DNA from: Pseudomonadota bacterium
GTDB lineage: Bacteria > Pseudomonadota > Gammaproteobacteria > Burkholderiales > Casimicrobiaceae
DNA: 46,519 nucleotides
Assembly (NCBI GenBank): GCA_021784125.1
Contig: JAJXTF010000001.1
Span: forward strand, 1-46,519
Reading direction: 5' to 3'
The notes under the pieces are model-generated. The model had not been told where the DNA came from, searched no databases, and saw only the letters and a program-made list of their open reading frames with translations. Position numbers and translations under genes: made by a program. Of this stretch, positions 15,869-25,019 are shown in pieces (positions within the stretch are counted from its first letter, which is position 1; every line of letters begins with the position of its first letter).

Positions 15869-17575
15869 TCAGCGGCGCTCGACCAGGACGCGCCGTGAGT
15901 CGCTCGCGATCACCCGCAGCGGCACGCCTTCCTTCTCGAGCGTCGCCCGCGTCTCGGGCGACATCAGCGCATAGCCCTGCGGCAGCAGCTTCCAGCGCAC
16001 GATCCAGTCCGCGACCTTCGGGATCGCGAGCTCGGGCTGGATGTCGAGTCCCATGCTCATCTCGTCGCGATAGGCGACCAGCGTCGTCGTGCGGCGCAGG
16101 TAGAACGGCAGCGTCTGATCGTACATGCGGACCTGGAAGACCGGCGCATTGCGATCGTACGGGGGATCGGAGGCATTTTCCAGCGCGGTCACGAGGTCGG
16201 CGGCCGAACGGGTCGCACGGAACACGTCGGCACCCCTGAACAAGGCCTGCATCGCGAGCATCGTCGACAGGGCGATGACGGCGATGGCGGCGCTTCGCGC
16301 GGCGGTGCTGCCGCGCCGCATCACCCGCCATCCGACGACATAGCCGACGGCGACGATCCCCAGTCCCAGCTCGACCCAGGGGCCGAGCGCCTGGTAGAGC
16401 GCAAGGGGCGTCTTCGCGTCGGCCAGCCTGACCGCCAGCGCCGGGTAGCCGAGCATCGCGGCTCCCCACAGCACGACGGTGGTCGCGGCCAGCAATCCCG
16501 CGAGCCACGACAGGGAACGCGCGGACATCACCTCGAGCTGCCACCCCAGTACCAGCGCCGCTGCCGGGAAGATCGGCAGGATGTAGGAGGGAAGTTTGGA
16601 CTTCGAGATGCTGAAGAAGACGAGGATGAATGCCGACCAGATCAGGCAGAAGCGCGCCCACGAGAAGCCGCCGGCATCGGCGGTGGCATCGCGCCAGCCG
16701 GCCTTGAGGCGCCACAGGAAAACCCCGGTCCAGGGCAGCAGCCCGGCCACCAGCATCGGCAGGAAATACCACCAGGGCCCGGGGCGTCGGCTTTCGGGCG
16801 TCAGGAAGCGCTGGATGTGCTCGTGGATGAAGAAGAAGCGCGCGAACTCCGGATTGCGCATCGACACGACGATGAACCAGGGTGCCGTCAGCACCAGCAG
16901 CAGCGGCAGTCCCTTGGCGAGATGGAGGCGCTTCCAGGGACCGTAGTCGCGCGTGGCCAGCGAATAGAGGAGCAGCGTCGTCCCCGGGATCGCCAGCGCG
17001 ACCACCCCCTTGGTCAGGATCCCGGCCGCGGTCGCGACATAGGCGAGGAGCATCATCCGCTCGCGCGAGCGCGGCGAGGCGTCGGCGCGCTGGGCGAGCA
17101 GGAACCCCACCAGCGCAAGCGCGAGGCAGAACGACAGCAGCGCGTCGAGGGTCAGGATGTGCGCGATGCCGAAGTGCCAGATGCAGCTCGCGAGCACGGC
17201 GGCCGCGTAGACGCCGGCCGCAGGCGACACGAGTACCGCGCCTGTCCAGCCGATGGCGACGACCGTCAGGAAGCCGGCCAGCGCGGTCGGCAGGCGCGCC
17301 GTTCCGTCGCTGACGCCGAACGCCTCGAAGCTTGCCGCCGTGAGCCAGTACTGAAGCGCGGGTTTCTCGAAATACTTGATGCCGTTCAGCCGCGGTGTCA
17401 CCCAGTTGCCGGTGGCCACCATCTCGCGCGCGATCTCGGCATAGCGTCCCTCGTCCGGATGCTGCAGCTTGCGCACGTCGAGCTGGGCGAACCACAGGAT
17501 CGCCATGATCAGCGCGAGGGCGATCCACGTGCGTCTGGACAGGGAGGCGATCAAGGTCGGGGCGATCGGGAGCAT
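15869..17575 (-). CDS. arnT: Lipid A L-Ara4N transferase (GT83/PMT family)
   Basis: PDEGRYAEIAREM, YFEKP, LTKG, FFIHEH, SKSKLPSYILP; many TM helices. Confidence 0.92.
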   Translation of the reverse strand: MLPIAPTLIASLSRRTWIALALIMAILWFAQLDVRKLQHPDEGRYAEIAREMVATGNWVTPRLNGIKYFEKPALQYWLTAASFEAFGVSDGTARLPTALAGFLTVVAIGWTGAVLVSPAAGVYAAAVLASCIWHFGIAHILTLDALLSFCLALALVGFLLAQRADASPRSRERMMLLAYVATAAGILTKGVVALAIPGTTLLLYSLATRDYGPWKRLHLAKGLPLLLVLTAPWFIVVSMRNPEFARFFFIHEHIQRFLTPESRRPGPWWYFLPMLVAGLLPWTGVFLWRLKAGWRDATADAGGFSWARFCLIWSAFILVFFSISKSKLPSYILPIFPAAALVLGWQLEVMSARSLSWLAGLLAATTVVLWGAAMLGYPALAVRLADAKTPLALYQALGPWVELGLGIVAVGYVVGWRVMRRGSTAARSAAIAVIALSTMLAMQALFRGADVFRATRSAADLVTALENASDPPYDRNAPVFQVRMYDQTLPFYLRRTTTLVAYRDEMSMGLDIQPELAIPKVADWIVRWKLLPQGYALMSPETRATLEKEGVPLRVIASDSRRVLVERR

Positions 17576-17746
17576 TGCGCCGGCCGGCAACGGGGCGCCG
17601 GCCTGGCGAAGCAGCGCATTCTACCGTGAGGCCGCGGCGCCCCCATGCTAAATTCGGCGCGCGATGGTGGCGACCTCGGCGCGCGAATTCGGTTTCTGCC
17701 GGGGCCGCAACATCGATCTCCGCTACGTTCGCAGCTTCGCCCGCTC

Positions 17747-18277
17747 ATGCCGACGCCCGACTTGCCCATCAACATCGCGCCCGCAGGTCCCGACGACATC
17801 GGCCTGGTCCAGCGCCTGGCGCACGAGGTCTGGCATCGCCACTATCCGGGCATCATCACGGTCGAGCAGATCGACTACATGCTCGAGCGCGGCTATTCGC
17901 GGGACGCTCTGCTGGCGTTCGTGGGCGGCGGTCCCGGCGCGACGCGCGACGAGCGCGGCATCGCGCTCGCCCGGATCGGCGCAACGCCGGTCGGGTTCGT
18001 CGCCTGGTACCAGGCGGGCGATCGCGCGATGAAGCTCGAGCGGCTCTACGTGCTTCCCGAGCACCATCGCAAGGGCATCGGCCGCGCCCTGATCGAGCAC
18101 GTGGCCGCACGCGCCGGTGCCGCCGGCTGCGGGTCGCTGACCCTCAACGTCAACCGCGGCAACACCGGCTCCGTCCGCGCCTACGAGCGTTGCGGCTTTG
18201 TCGTCGCCGACAGTGGCGATTTCCCCATCGGCGGCGGCTTCGTCATGGAGGATTTCGTCATGCTGCGCGAACTCTGA
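17747..18277 (+). CDS. GNAT family N-acetyltransferase
   Basis: LYVLPEHHRKGIGRALI acetyl-CoA motif; LNVNRGN...YERCGF. Confidence 0.9.
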   Translation: MPTPDLPINIAPAGPDDIGLVQRLAHEVWHRHYPGIITVEQIDYMLERGYSRDALLAFVGGGPGATRDERGIALARIGATPVGFVAWYQAGDRAMKLERLYVLPEHHRKGIGRALIEHVAARAGAAGCGSLTLNVNRGNTGSVRAYERCGFVVADSGDFPIGGGFVMEDFVMLREL

Positions 18278-18293
18278 ACGAAGATTCCCGTCC

Positions 18294-19679
18294 ATGTCCG
18301 TGCCGCTGATCCTCTACGACAACTACACGCGCAGCCTGCGCGAGTTCGGGCCGCTCCACCCCGCCGGCGAGGTGGGCATCTACACCTGCGGCCCGACCGT
18401 CTACGACTACCAGCACATCGGCAACTTCCGGACCTTCCTCTTCGAGGACCTGCTGAAGCGCGTGCTGCGCTGGAACGGCTACCGGGTCCGGCACGTGATG
18501 AACATCACCGACGTGGGCCACCTGACCTCCGATGCCGACACCGGCGAGGACAAGATGGAGAAAGGCTCGCGGCGCACGGGGCAGACGGCGTGGGAGATCG
18601 CGGCGCTCTACACGCAGGCGTTCCTCGACGACCTCGACGCGCTCAACATCGAGCGCCCGGACGTGCTGCCGCGGGCCACCGGGCACATCGCCTCGCAGAT
18701 CGAATTCATCGTCGACCTCGAGCGCAAGGGCTGGACCTACCGCACCGGCGACGGCATCTACTTCGACACCAGCCGGCAGGTCGATTACGGGTATCTCGCA
18801 AGGCTCGACAAGTCCGGGCTCGAAGGCGGCAGGCGCGTCGACCTCGGCGACAAGCGCAGCGCCACCGATTTCGCGCTGTGGAAGTTGTCGCCCGAAGGCA
18901 GCACGCGGCAGATGGAGTGGGACAGTCCCTGGGGGAAGGGTTTCCCGGGCTGGCACATCGAGTGCTCGGCGATGGCACAGCATTACCTCGGCGATTACTT
19001 CGACATCCATTGCGGCGGCGAGGACCACATCCCGGTGCACCACAGCAACGAGATCGCGCAGACCGAGGCGAGGGTCGGGACGAGGCTCGCGAACTTCTGG
19101 ATGCACGGCTACTTCCTGCTCGCCAACGACGCCAAGATGGCCAAGTCGGCCGGCGAGTTCCTGCGCGTGCAGGCGCTCGTCGACCGTGGCTACGACCCGC
19201 TGGCATTCCGCTACCTGTGCCTGACCGGGCACTACCGGAGCCAGCTGAACTTCACCTGGGATGCCCTCGATGCCGCCGCGACGGGGCTCGCGCGGATGCG
19301 CTCGGGTTTCCATGCGCTGGACGCTGTCCCGGCGGAGGCGGACGAGGGGCTCGTCGCGCGCTTCACCGCGCAGGTCAACGACGACCTCAACCTGCCCCGG
19401 GCGCTGGCCGTCGCCTGGGAAGCGCTGCGCGGCGAACTGCCGGGTCCCGTGAAGCGGGCGACGCTGGCCCGCTTCGACCGGGTGTTCGGGCTCGGACTCG
19501 AGGCCTGGCGCCCGAAGGTGGAGTCGGTCCCCGCCGACATCGATGCGCTGGCGCACGAGCGCGTGGCGGCGCGCAAGGCGAAGGACTGGGCCGAGGCCGA
19601 TCGGCTGCGCGCACTGCTGCGCGACGCGGGTTGGGACATGGAAGACCGGCCCGACGGCTACACGTTGAAGCGGCGGTAG
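18294..19679 (+). CDS. cysS: Cysteine--tRNA ligase
   Basis: YTCGPTVY, HIGN, PGWHIECSAM, DIHCGGEDH..HH.NE, KMAKS, and KDWAEADRLR in the anticodon domain. Confidence 0.97.
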   Translation: MSVPLILYDNYTRSLREFGPLHPAGEVGIYTCGPTVYDYQHIGNFRTFLFEDLLKRVLRWNGYRVRHVMNITDVGHLTSDADTGEDKMEKGSRRTGQTAWEIAALYTQAFLDDLDALNIERPDVLPRATGHIASQIEFIVDLERKGWTYRTGDGIYFDTSRQVDYGYLARLDKSGLEGGRRVDLGDKRSATDFALWKLSPEGSTRQMEWDSPWGKGFPGWHIECSAMAQHYLGDYFDIHCGGEDHIPVHHSNEIAQTEARVGTRLANFWMHGYFLLANDAKMAKSAGEFLRVQALVDRGYDPLAFRYLCLTGHYRSQLNFTWDALDAAATGLARMRSGFHALDAVPAEADEGLVARFTAQVNDDLNLPRALAVAWEALRGELPGPVKRATLARFDRVFGLGLEAWRPKVESVPADIDALAHERVAARKAKDWAEADRLRALLRDAGWDMEDRPDGYTLKRR

Positions 19680-19701
19680 CGGCGCGAGCGGCGAGCAGGG
19701 G

Positions 19702-19719
19702 CCCCGGCGGCAGCCGGGG
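19702..19719. terminator. Hairpin between the convergent cysS and rskA genes
   Basis: CCCCGGC-GGCA-GCCGGGG; no clear U tract. Confidence 0.35.
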
Positions 19720-19725
19720 ATGCGA

Positions 19726-20442
19726 TCAGTACATCCGCTCGACCTTGCCCGAGTAGAGCACGGGCCCGGTCGGCAGCCCCGTCGGCGAGCCTCCCGCAGG
19801 CTCGAGGCTCACCGCGAGGGCGGGAATGTTGGCGAGCGACTCGCCCGCGGGCGCGCGCAACGGCAGGTTGACGACGGCGCCGGCGGGAATCACGCCCAGC
19901 GAGCGCGGTGCGCCGGTCCCGGGCAGCGCCCACAGCTCGAGGGACTTTCCCTGGGCCGGCGTTGCATCGATGACCGCCTTGATCGTCAGGTAGGGCAGGC
20001 CGCGGGTTGCCGTCGCGATGAGCGCCGGCCTGGCGTCCGAACCGGCGAGGACGACGACCAGCGGCGGGGAGGCCGGCGCCGACAGGCGCGTCAGCTGCAC
20101 GATGGCCAGCGCCAGCGCGACCGCCAGGCTCGCCGCGGCGAGGCCGCGCCACAATCCCGCCCGGTTCCACCACGATACCGGCCCCCGGTCCGCGGCAGCC
20201 GCATCGAGGCCGAGCTTCCCGGCGATTCCCCGCCACACGCGGGGGGGCGGGGTCACCCCGGGGACGGCCTCGCCGAGCACGGCGATCCGGCGCTCCCATT
20301 GCGCCAGCGCCTGCGCGACCACGGGGTCGCGGCGGGCGATCCGGACGAGTCTGCGCCGTACGCGCGGTGGCGAAGTGCCCAGCGCGTATTCGGCGGCCAG
20401 CCGTGCCAGGCGCTCGCGGCGATCGGGTCGGGAGAGGTTCAT
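19726..20442 (-). CDS. Anti-sigma factor, RskA family
   Basis: LAAEYALG, PPPRVW..I, one TM helix, ELWAL...PRSLG, LAVSLEPAGGSPTGLPTGPV. Confidence 0.92.
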   Translation of the reverse strand: MNLSRPDRRERLARLAAEYALGTSPPRVRRRLVRIARRDPVVAQALAQWERRIAVLGEAVPGVTPPPRVWRGIAGKLGLDAAAADRGPVSWWNRAGLWRGLAAASLAVALALAIVQLTRLSAPASPPLVVVLAGSDARPALIATATRGLPYLTIKAVIDATPAQGKSLELWALPGTGAPRSLGVIPAGAVVNLPLRAPAGESLANIPALAVSLEPAGGSPTGLPTGPVLYSGKVERMY

Positions 20443-21050
20443 CGCGTCACGCCGGCGCCGTCCAGGCAGCGCTTCAATTTCTCGAGGCCCCGGCGAACCC
20501 AGGACTTGACCGTGCCGAGGGGCTCGCGCAGATGCTGCGCGAGCTCCGCGTGCGACAGCCCTTGGAAGAAGGCCAGGGCGATCGCCTGTTTCTGCCCCGC
20601 TTCGAGGGTGTCGACGCAATCGCGCAGCGACCTCGCGTCGGCGCCCTCGAGCAGCAGTTCCACCGGGGTCGGATCGTCGGCGGGAAACTCGATTTCCGGC
20701 GCATCGTCGTCGCCGTCGGGCGTGACCACGTCGATCTCGCGACGACGGAGGTGGTCGAGGCTGCGATTGCGCACGATCGAGGTGAGCCAGGTGACCGGCT
20801 GGCTCTTCGCCGCGTCGTAGCTGCCGGCGTGATGCCAGACGCTGACCCAGGCTTCCTGCAGGATCTCCTCCGCTGCCGGCGCATTCCTCAGGATACGCAG
20901 CGCGACCCCGTACAGATGCGGCGCGGTGAGCCGGTACAGCTCCTCGAACGCACGCTGGTCGGCGAGCGCCACGCGCGCGAGCAGTGTCGCGAGCCCTGTG
21001 CTGCGCTCCGCCGCGGCGATCCTCGCGGCACCGGGCGCCGCATCGTTCAT
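20439..21050 (-). CDS. ECF sigma-70 factor (SigK-like)
   Basis: Region 2 AEEILQEAWVSVW...TWL..IVRNRSLD; region 4 GLSHAELA...PLGTVKSWVRRGL; ATGA-coupled to rskA. Confidence 0.93.
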   Translation of the reverse strand: MNDAAPGAARIAAAERSTGLATLLARVALADQRAFEELYRLTAPHLYGVALRILRNAPAAEEILQEAWVSVWHHAGSYDAAKSQPVTWLTSIVRNRSLDHLRRREIDVVTPDGDDDAPEIEFPADDPTPVELLLEGADARSLRDCVDTLEAGQKQAIALAFFQGLSHAELAQHLREPLGTVKSWVRRGLEKLKRCLDGAGVTR

Positions 21051-21613
21051 CGGGCCGCGGGACCCCGCGCGCGACCTTTCTGCCACAGGACGTCGGGAAC
21101 GCCCGCCGCCTGATTGAGCTTGCGCGCGAGGACGAACAGCAGGTCCGACAGGCGGTTGAGGTAGACGCGGCCATCCTGCGGCACGGCTTCCTCGCGGGCG
21201 AGCGCGATCACGGCGCGCTCGGCCCGGCGACATACGGTGCGCGCGACGTGCGCAAGGGCGGCGGCCCGCGTTCCTCCGGGGAGGATGAATTCCTTCAGAG
21301 GCGCCAGGCCCGAGTTGATCGCCTCGACCGCCCGCTCGAGCCGGGCCACGTGGTCGGCCGTCACCGCGACGTGGCCCGGAATCGACAGCTCGCCGCCGAG
21401 GTCGAACAGGTCGTGCTGGATGTCGACCAGCAGGGCGCCGATCGCATCCGGCAGTGTCTCGGCGAGCAACGCCCCGACGCTCGAATTGAGCTCGTCGACG
21501 GCGCCGATGGCGCTTATCCGGAGGCTGTCCTTGTCGACGCGCGAGCCGTCGCCCAGGCCGGTCGTTCCCGAGTCTCCGGTGCGAGTGACGATGCGGGAGA
21601 GGCGATGTCCCAT
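21047..21613 (-). CDS. ATP:cob(I)alamin adenosyltransferase, PduO type
   Basis: RLSRIVTRTGDSGTTGLGDG, VDELNS, QHDLFDLG, FILPGG, RTVCRRAER, YLNRLSDLLF. Confidence 0.95.
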   Translation of the reverse strand: MGHRLSRIVTRTGDSGTTGLGDGSRVDKDSLRISAIGAVDELNSSVGALLAETLPDAIGALLVDIQHDLFDLGGELSIPGHVAVTADHVARLERAVEAINSGLAPLKEFILPGGTRAAALAHVARTVCRRAERAVIALAREEAVPQDGRVYLNRLSDLLFVLARKLNQAAGVPDVLWQKGRARGPAAR

Positions 21614-21701
21614 CGTGCAGGATTTTCGATGCGGGGAGCGGCGATCGTCGTCGATTTTGCTAGGATTGTCCACCGGAGCAGATTGCGACAGGAGGCCCGC
21701 C

Positions 21702-23342
21702 ATGTCGACCCGCGGCATCTACGAGCAGCATCTCGATCGCAGCGCGGCGAACTATGCGCCGCTGACGCCGCTGTCGCTCATTGCCCGCACGGCCTACACC
21801 TGGCCGCAACGGATCGCCGTCGTCCACGGCCCGCGTCGCTACACGTGGAGCGAGACCTACGCGCGCTCGCGCCGGCTCGCCTCGGCGCTGGCGCATCGCG
21901 GCATCGGCATGGGCGACACGGTCGCGGTGATGCTCGCGAACACCCCCGAGATGGTCGAATGCCATTTCGGCGTCCCGATGACGGGCGGGGTGCTGAACAC
22001 CCTGAACACGCGGCTCGATGCGGAAACGCTGGCGTTCATGCTCGAGCACGGCGAGGCGAAGGTGCTGATCACCGACACCGAGTTCTCGCCGGCGATCGCG
22101 GCCGCGCTGAAGCGCATCGCCAGGAAACTGCTGGTGATCGACGTCGTCGACGCGCTGGGACCCGGGGGCGACCTGCTGGGCGAGTCCGATTACGAGACGT
22201 TCATCGCCAAGGGCGATCACGATTTCGCCTGGCAGCCGCCGGCCGACGAGTGGCAATCGATCTCCCTCAACTACACGTCGGGAACGACCGGCAATCCCAA
22301 GGGCGTCGTCTACCACCATCGCGGCGCCTATCTCAACGCACTGTCGAACGTCGTCGACTGGGGCATGCAGAGGCACTCGGTGTACCTGTGGACGCTGCCG
22401 ATGTTCCACTGCAACGGCTGGTGCTTTCCGTGGACGATGGCGGCGAACGCCGGGACCAACGTCTGCCTGCGCAGGGTCGAGGCGAAGGCGATCCTCGACG
22501 CGATCCGCGAGCATCGGGTCACGCACTACTGCGGCGCGCCGATCGTGCATTCGCTGCTGATCAACGCGCCCGACGAGCAGAAGCGCGGCATCGCGCACAA
22601 GGTGCATGCACTGGTCGCAGCGGCGGCGCCTCCCGCGGCGGTGATCGAAGGCATGGAGCGGCTGGGCTTCGAGATCACCCACGTCTACGGCCTCACCGAG
22701 ACCTACGGTCCTGCTGCGGTCTGCGCCAAGCAGGCCGAGTGGGCGGACCTCGACATCGGCGCGCGCACGGAGCGCAACGGGCGCCAAGGCGTGCGCTACA
22801 CCTGCCAGGAAGGCATGACGGTGATGGATCCCGCGACGATGCAGCCGGTGCCCCGGGACGGCGAGACGATGGGCGAGGTCATGTTCCGCGGCAACATCAC
22901 GATGAAGGGTTACCTGAAGAATCCCAGCGCGACCGACGAATCCTTCGCCGGCGGGTGGTTCCACACGGGCGATCTTGCGGTGATGCAGCCCGACGGCTAC
23001 GTCAAGATCCGCGACCGCTCCAAGGACGTGATCATCTCGGGGGGCGAGAACATCAGCTCGCTCGAGGTCGAGGACGTCCTCTACCGCCACCCGGCGATCC
23101 TCGCCGCGGCGGTGGTCGCAAGGCCCGATCCCAAGTGGGGCGAGACCCCCTGCGCGTTCGTCGAGCTGAAGCCGGGGGCGAGCCTCTCCGATGCCGAGGT
23201 GATCGAGCATTGCCGGGCGCAGCTGGCCCGCTACAAGGTGCCCAAGAGCGTCGTGTTCGGCGAGCTGCCGAAGACCTCGACCGGCAAGATCCAGAAGTTC
23301 ATCCTGCGCGAACGCGCACAATCGACGGCGGCAATCGAATGA
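21702..23342 (+). CDS. Acyl-CoA synthetase (AMP-forming)
   Basis: YTSGTTGNPKG, YGLTE, FHTGD, DRSKDVIISGGENI, PKTSTGKIQK; SD AGGAGG upstream. Confidence 0.95.
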   Translation: MSTRGIYEQHLDRSAANYAPLTPLSLIARTAYTWPQRIAVVHGPRRYTWSETYARSRRLASALAHRGIGMGDTVAVMLANTPEMVECHFGVPMTGGVLNTLNTRLDAETLAFMLEHGEAKVLITDTEFSPAIAAALKRIARKLLVIDVVDALGPGGDLLGESDYETFIAKGDHDFAWQPPADEWQSISLNYTSGTTGNPKGVVYHHRGAYLNALSNVVDWGMQRHSVYLWTLPMFHCNGWCFPWTMAANAGTNVCLRRVEAKAILDAIREHRVTHYCGAPIVHSLLINAPDEQKRGIAHKVHALVAAAAPPAAVIEGMERLGFEITHVYGLTETYGPAAVCAKQAEWADLDIGARTERNGRQGVRYTCQEGMTVMDPATMQPVPRDGETMGEVMFRGNITMKGYLKNPSATDESFAGGWFHTGDLAVMQPDGYVKIRDRSKDVIISGGENISSLEVEDVLYRHPAILAAAVVARPDPKWGETPCAFVELKPGASLSDAEVIEHCRAQLARYKVPKSVVFGELPKTSTGKIQKFILRERAQSTAAIE

Positions 23343-24142
23343 ACGCACCCGTGGAAACGATGGTCACCCCTTTCGTCCTCGCCGACACCCGCGACGGCGT
23401 GCGCACGCTGACGCTGAATCGCGGCGAGCGCTTCAACGCGTTGTCCTTCGACATGCTCGCCGCGCTGGAAGCGGCGATCGACGAGGTCGCCGCCGATTCC
23501 GCGGTGCGCGCCGTCGTGATCGCGGGCGCCGGGCGCGGCTTCTGCGCCGGCCACGACCTCAAGGAGCTGCGCGCGCAACGTTCGCCCGAGTGGCGCCGGG
23601 GGCTCTTCGACCTGTGCAGTCGCGCCATGGTCAAGCTCACGCAGCTGCCGCAGCCCACGATCGCCCGGGTGCACGGCCTCGCGACCGCGGCGGGCTGCCA
23701 GCTGGTGTCGATGTGCGACCTCGCGGTCGCCGCCGACTCGGCGCGCTTTGCCCTGCCCGGCGTCAACGTCGGCATCTTCTGCTCGACGCCGGCAGTCGGC
23801 GTCGGACGCAACGTCGCGCGCAAGCGCGTGATGGAATTGCTGCTGACCGGCGAGCCGATCGATGCCGCGACCGCGCTGGCATGGGGGCTGGTCAACCGCG
23901 TCGTTCCTGCGGATGGGCTCGACGCGGCGGTGCGCCATTTCACCGACCTGATCGGCGCGCGCAGCGCATCGGTGGTCGCGCTGGGCAAACGCGCTTTCTA
24001 TGCGCAGATCGACGCGTCGCTGGGCGAGGCCTATGCGATGACCGGCGAGGCGATGTGCTGCAACCTCGACGACCCTGACGCCGACGAGGGCATCGACGCC
24101 TTCATCGGCAAACGCCCGGCAAACTGGCGCGCGCCGGTCTGA
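23339..24142 (+). CDS. Enoyl-CoA hydratase/isomerase (crotonase) family protein
   Basis: FCAGHDLKE, VHGLATAAGCQLV..CDL, PGVNVGIFCSTP; ATGA overlap with the ligase stop. Confidence 0.93.
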   Translation: MNAPVETMVTPFVLADTRDGVRTLTLNRGERFNALSFDMLAALEAAIDEVAADSAVRAVVIAGAGRGFCAGHDLKELRAQRSPEWRRGLFDLCSRAMVKLTQLPQPTIARVHGLATAAGCQLVSMCDLAVAADSARFALPGVNVGIFCSTPAVGVGRNVARKRVMELLLTGEPIDAATALAWGLVNRVVPADGLDAAVRHFTDLIGARSASVVALGKRAFYAQIDASLGEAYAMTGEAMCCNLDDPDADEGIDAFIGKRPANWRAPV

Positions 24143-24169
24143 CGCGACCGAGTCGCTGCCGCGGTCTCG

Positions 24170-24198
24170 TTGCCAAGCGCGTCCCCCGCCGCGATAAT
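24170..24198 (+). promoter_or_regulatory. Putative sigma70 promoter of the ABC operon
   Basis: TTGCCA-N17-GATAAT, 65 bp upstream of the ATG. Confidence 0.5.
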
Positions 24199-24263
24199 CC
24201 CGGCGGGGTGAAGGGAACGGGGCTGCCGGGCATGTGCCCCGCGCCCGCGATCCAGGGAAGGCA

Positions 24264-25019
24264 ATGGCCGACGAGATCATCCTCGAGACGCGCGGACTCA
24301 CCAAGGAGTTCAAGGGCTTCGTCGCGGTCAGGAACGTCAACCTGAGCGTGAAGCGCGGGACGATCCATGCGCTGATCGGCCCCAACGGCGCGGGCAAGAC
24401 GACCTGCTTCAATCTGCTCACCCATTTCCTGGCGCCGTCCTCCGGAAAGATTCTCTACAACGGGCGCGAGATCACCGGATCGCGGCCCGCGGCGATCGCG
24501 CGCATGGGTCTCGTGCGCTCGTTCCAGATCTCCGCCGTCTTTCCGCATCTGACGGGGCTGGAGAACGTCCGCATCGCGCTGCAGCGCAAGCGCGGTCGTT
24601 CGATGGACTTCTGGCGATCGGAGCAGGTGCTGCGCGAGCACGACCTGCGCGCCGGTGAGCTGCTCGAGGCGGTGGGCCTCGAGCAATTCGAGGACACGCC
24701 CGCCGGCGAACTGCCGTACGGGCGCAAGCGCGCGCTGGAGATCGCGACGACGCTCGCGCTCGATCCGGAAATGATGCTGCTCGACGAGCCGACCGCCGGC
24801 ATGACGCACGAGGACGTCGAGCGGATTGCGGCGCTGATCGGGAAGGTCGCGCTCGACCGGACCGTGCTGATGGTGGAGCACAACCTGTCGGTCGTCTCCA
24901 CGCTGTCGGACCGGATCACGGTGCTGGCGCGGGGCGAGATCCTGGCGGACGGTGACTACGCGTCCGTGTCGAAGGATCCCGCGGTCGTCGAGGCCTACCT
25001 CGGGGGTGCCCTTGCCTGA
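24264..25019 (+). CDS. Branched-chain amino acid-type ABC transporter ATPase (LivG-like)
   Basis: GPNGAGKTT, RSFQ, LPYGRKRALE, LLDEP, VEH. Confidence 0.93.
   Translation: MADEIILETRGLTKEFKGFVAVRNVNLSVKRGTIHALIGPNGAGKTTCFNLLTHFLAPSSGKILYNGREITGSRPAAIARMGLVRSFQISAVFPHLTGLENVRIALQRKRGRSMDFWRSEQVLREHDLRAGELLEAVGLEQFEDTPAGELPYGRKRALEIATTLALDPEMMLLDEPTAGMTHEDVERIAALIGKVALDRTVLMVEHNLSVVSTLSDRITVLARGEILADGDYASVSKDPAVVEAYLGGALA

Noticed and set aside
20984-24142. 1052-aa ORF as a large fusion protein
   Set aside because: Only the last 267 codons (from ATG 23339) are crotonase. The rest is an Arg/Pro-rich off-frame read of the ligase and of antisense pduO, typical of high-GC DNA.
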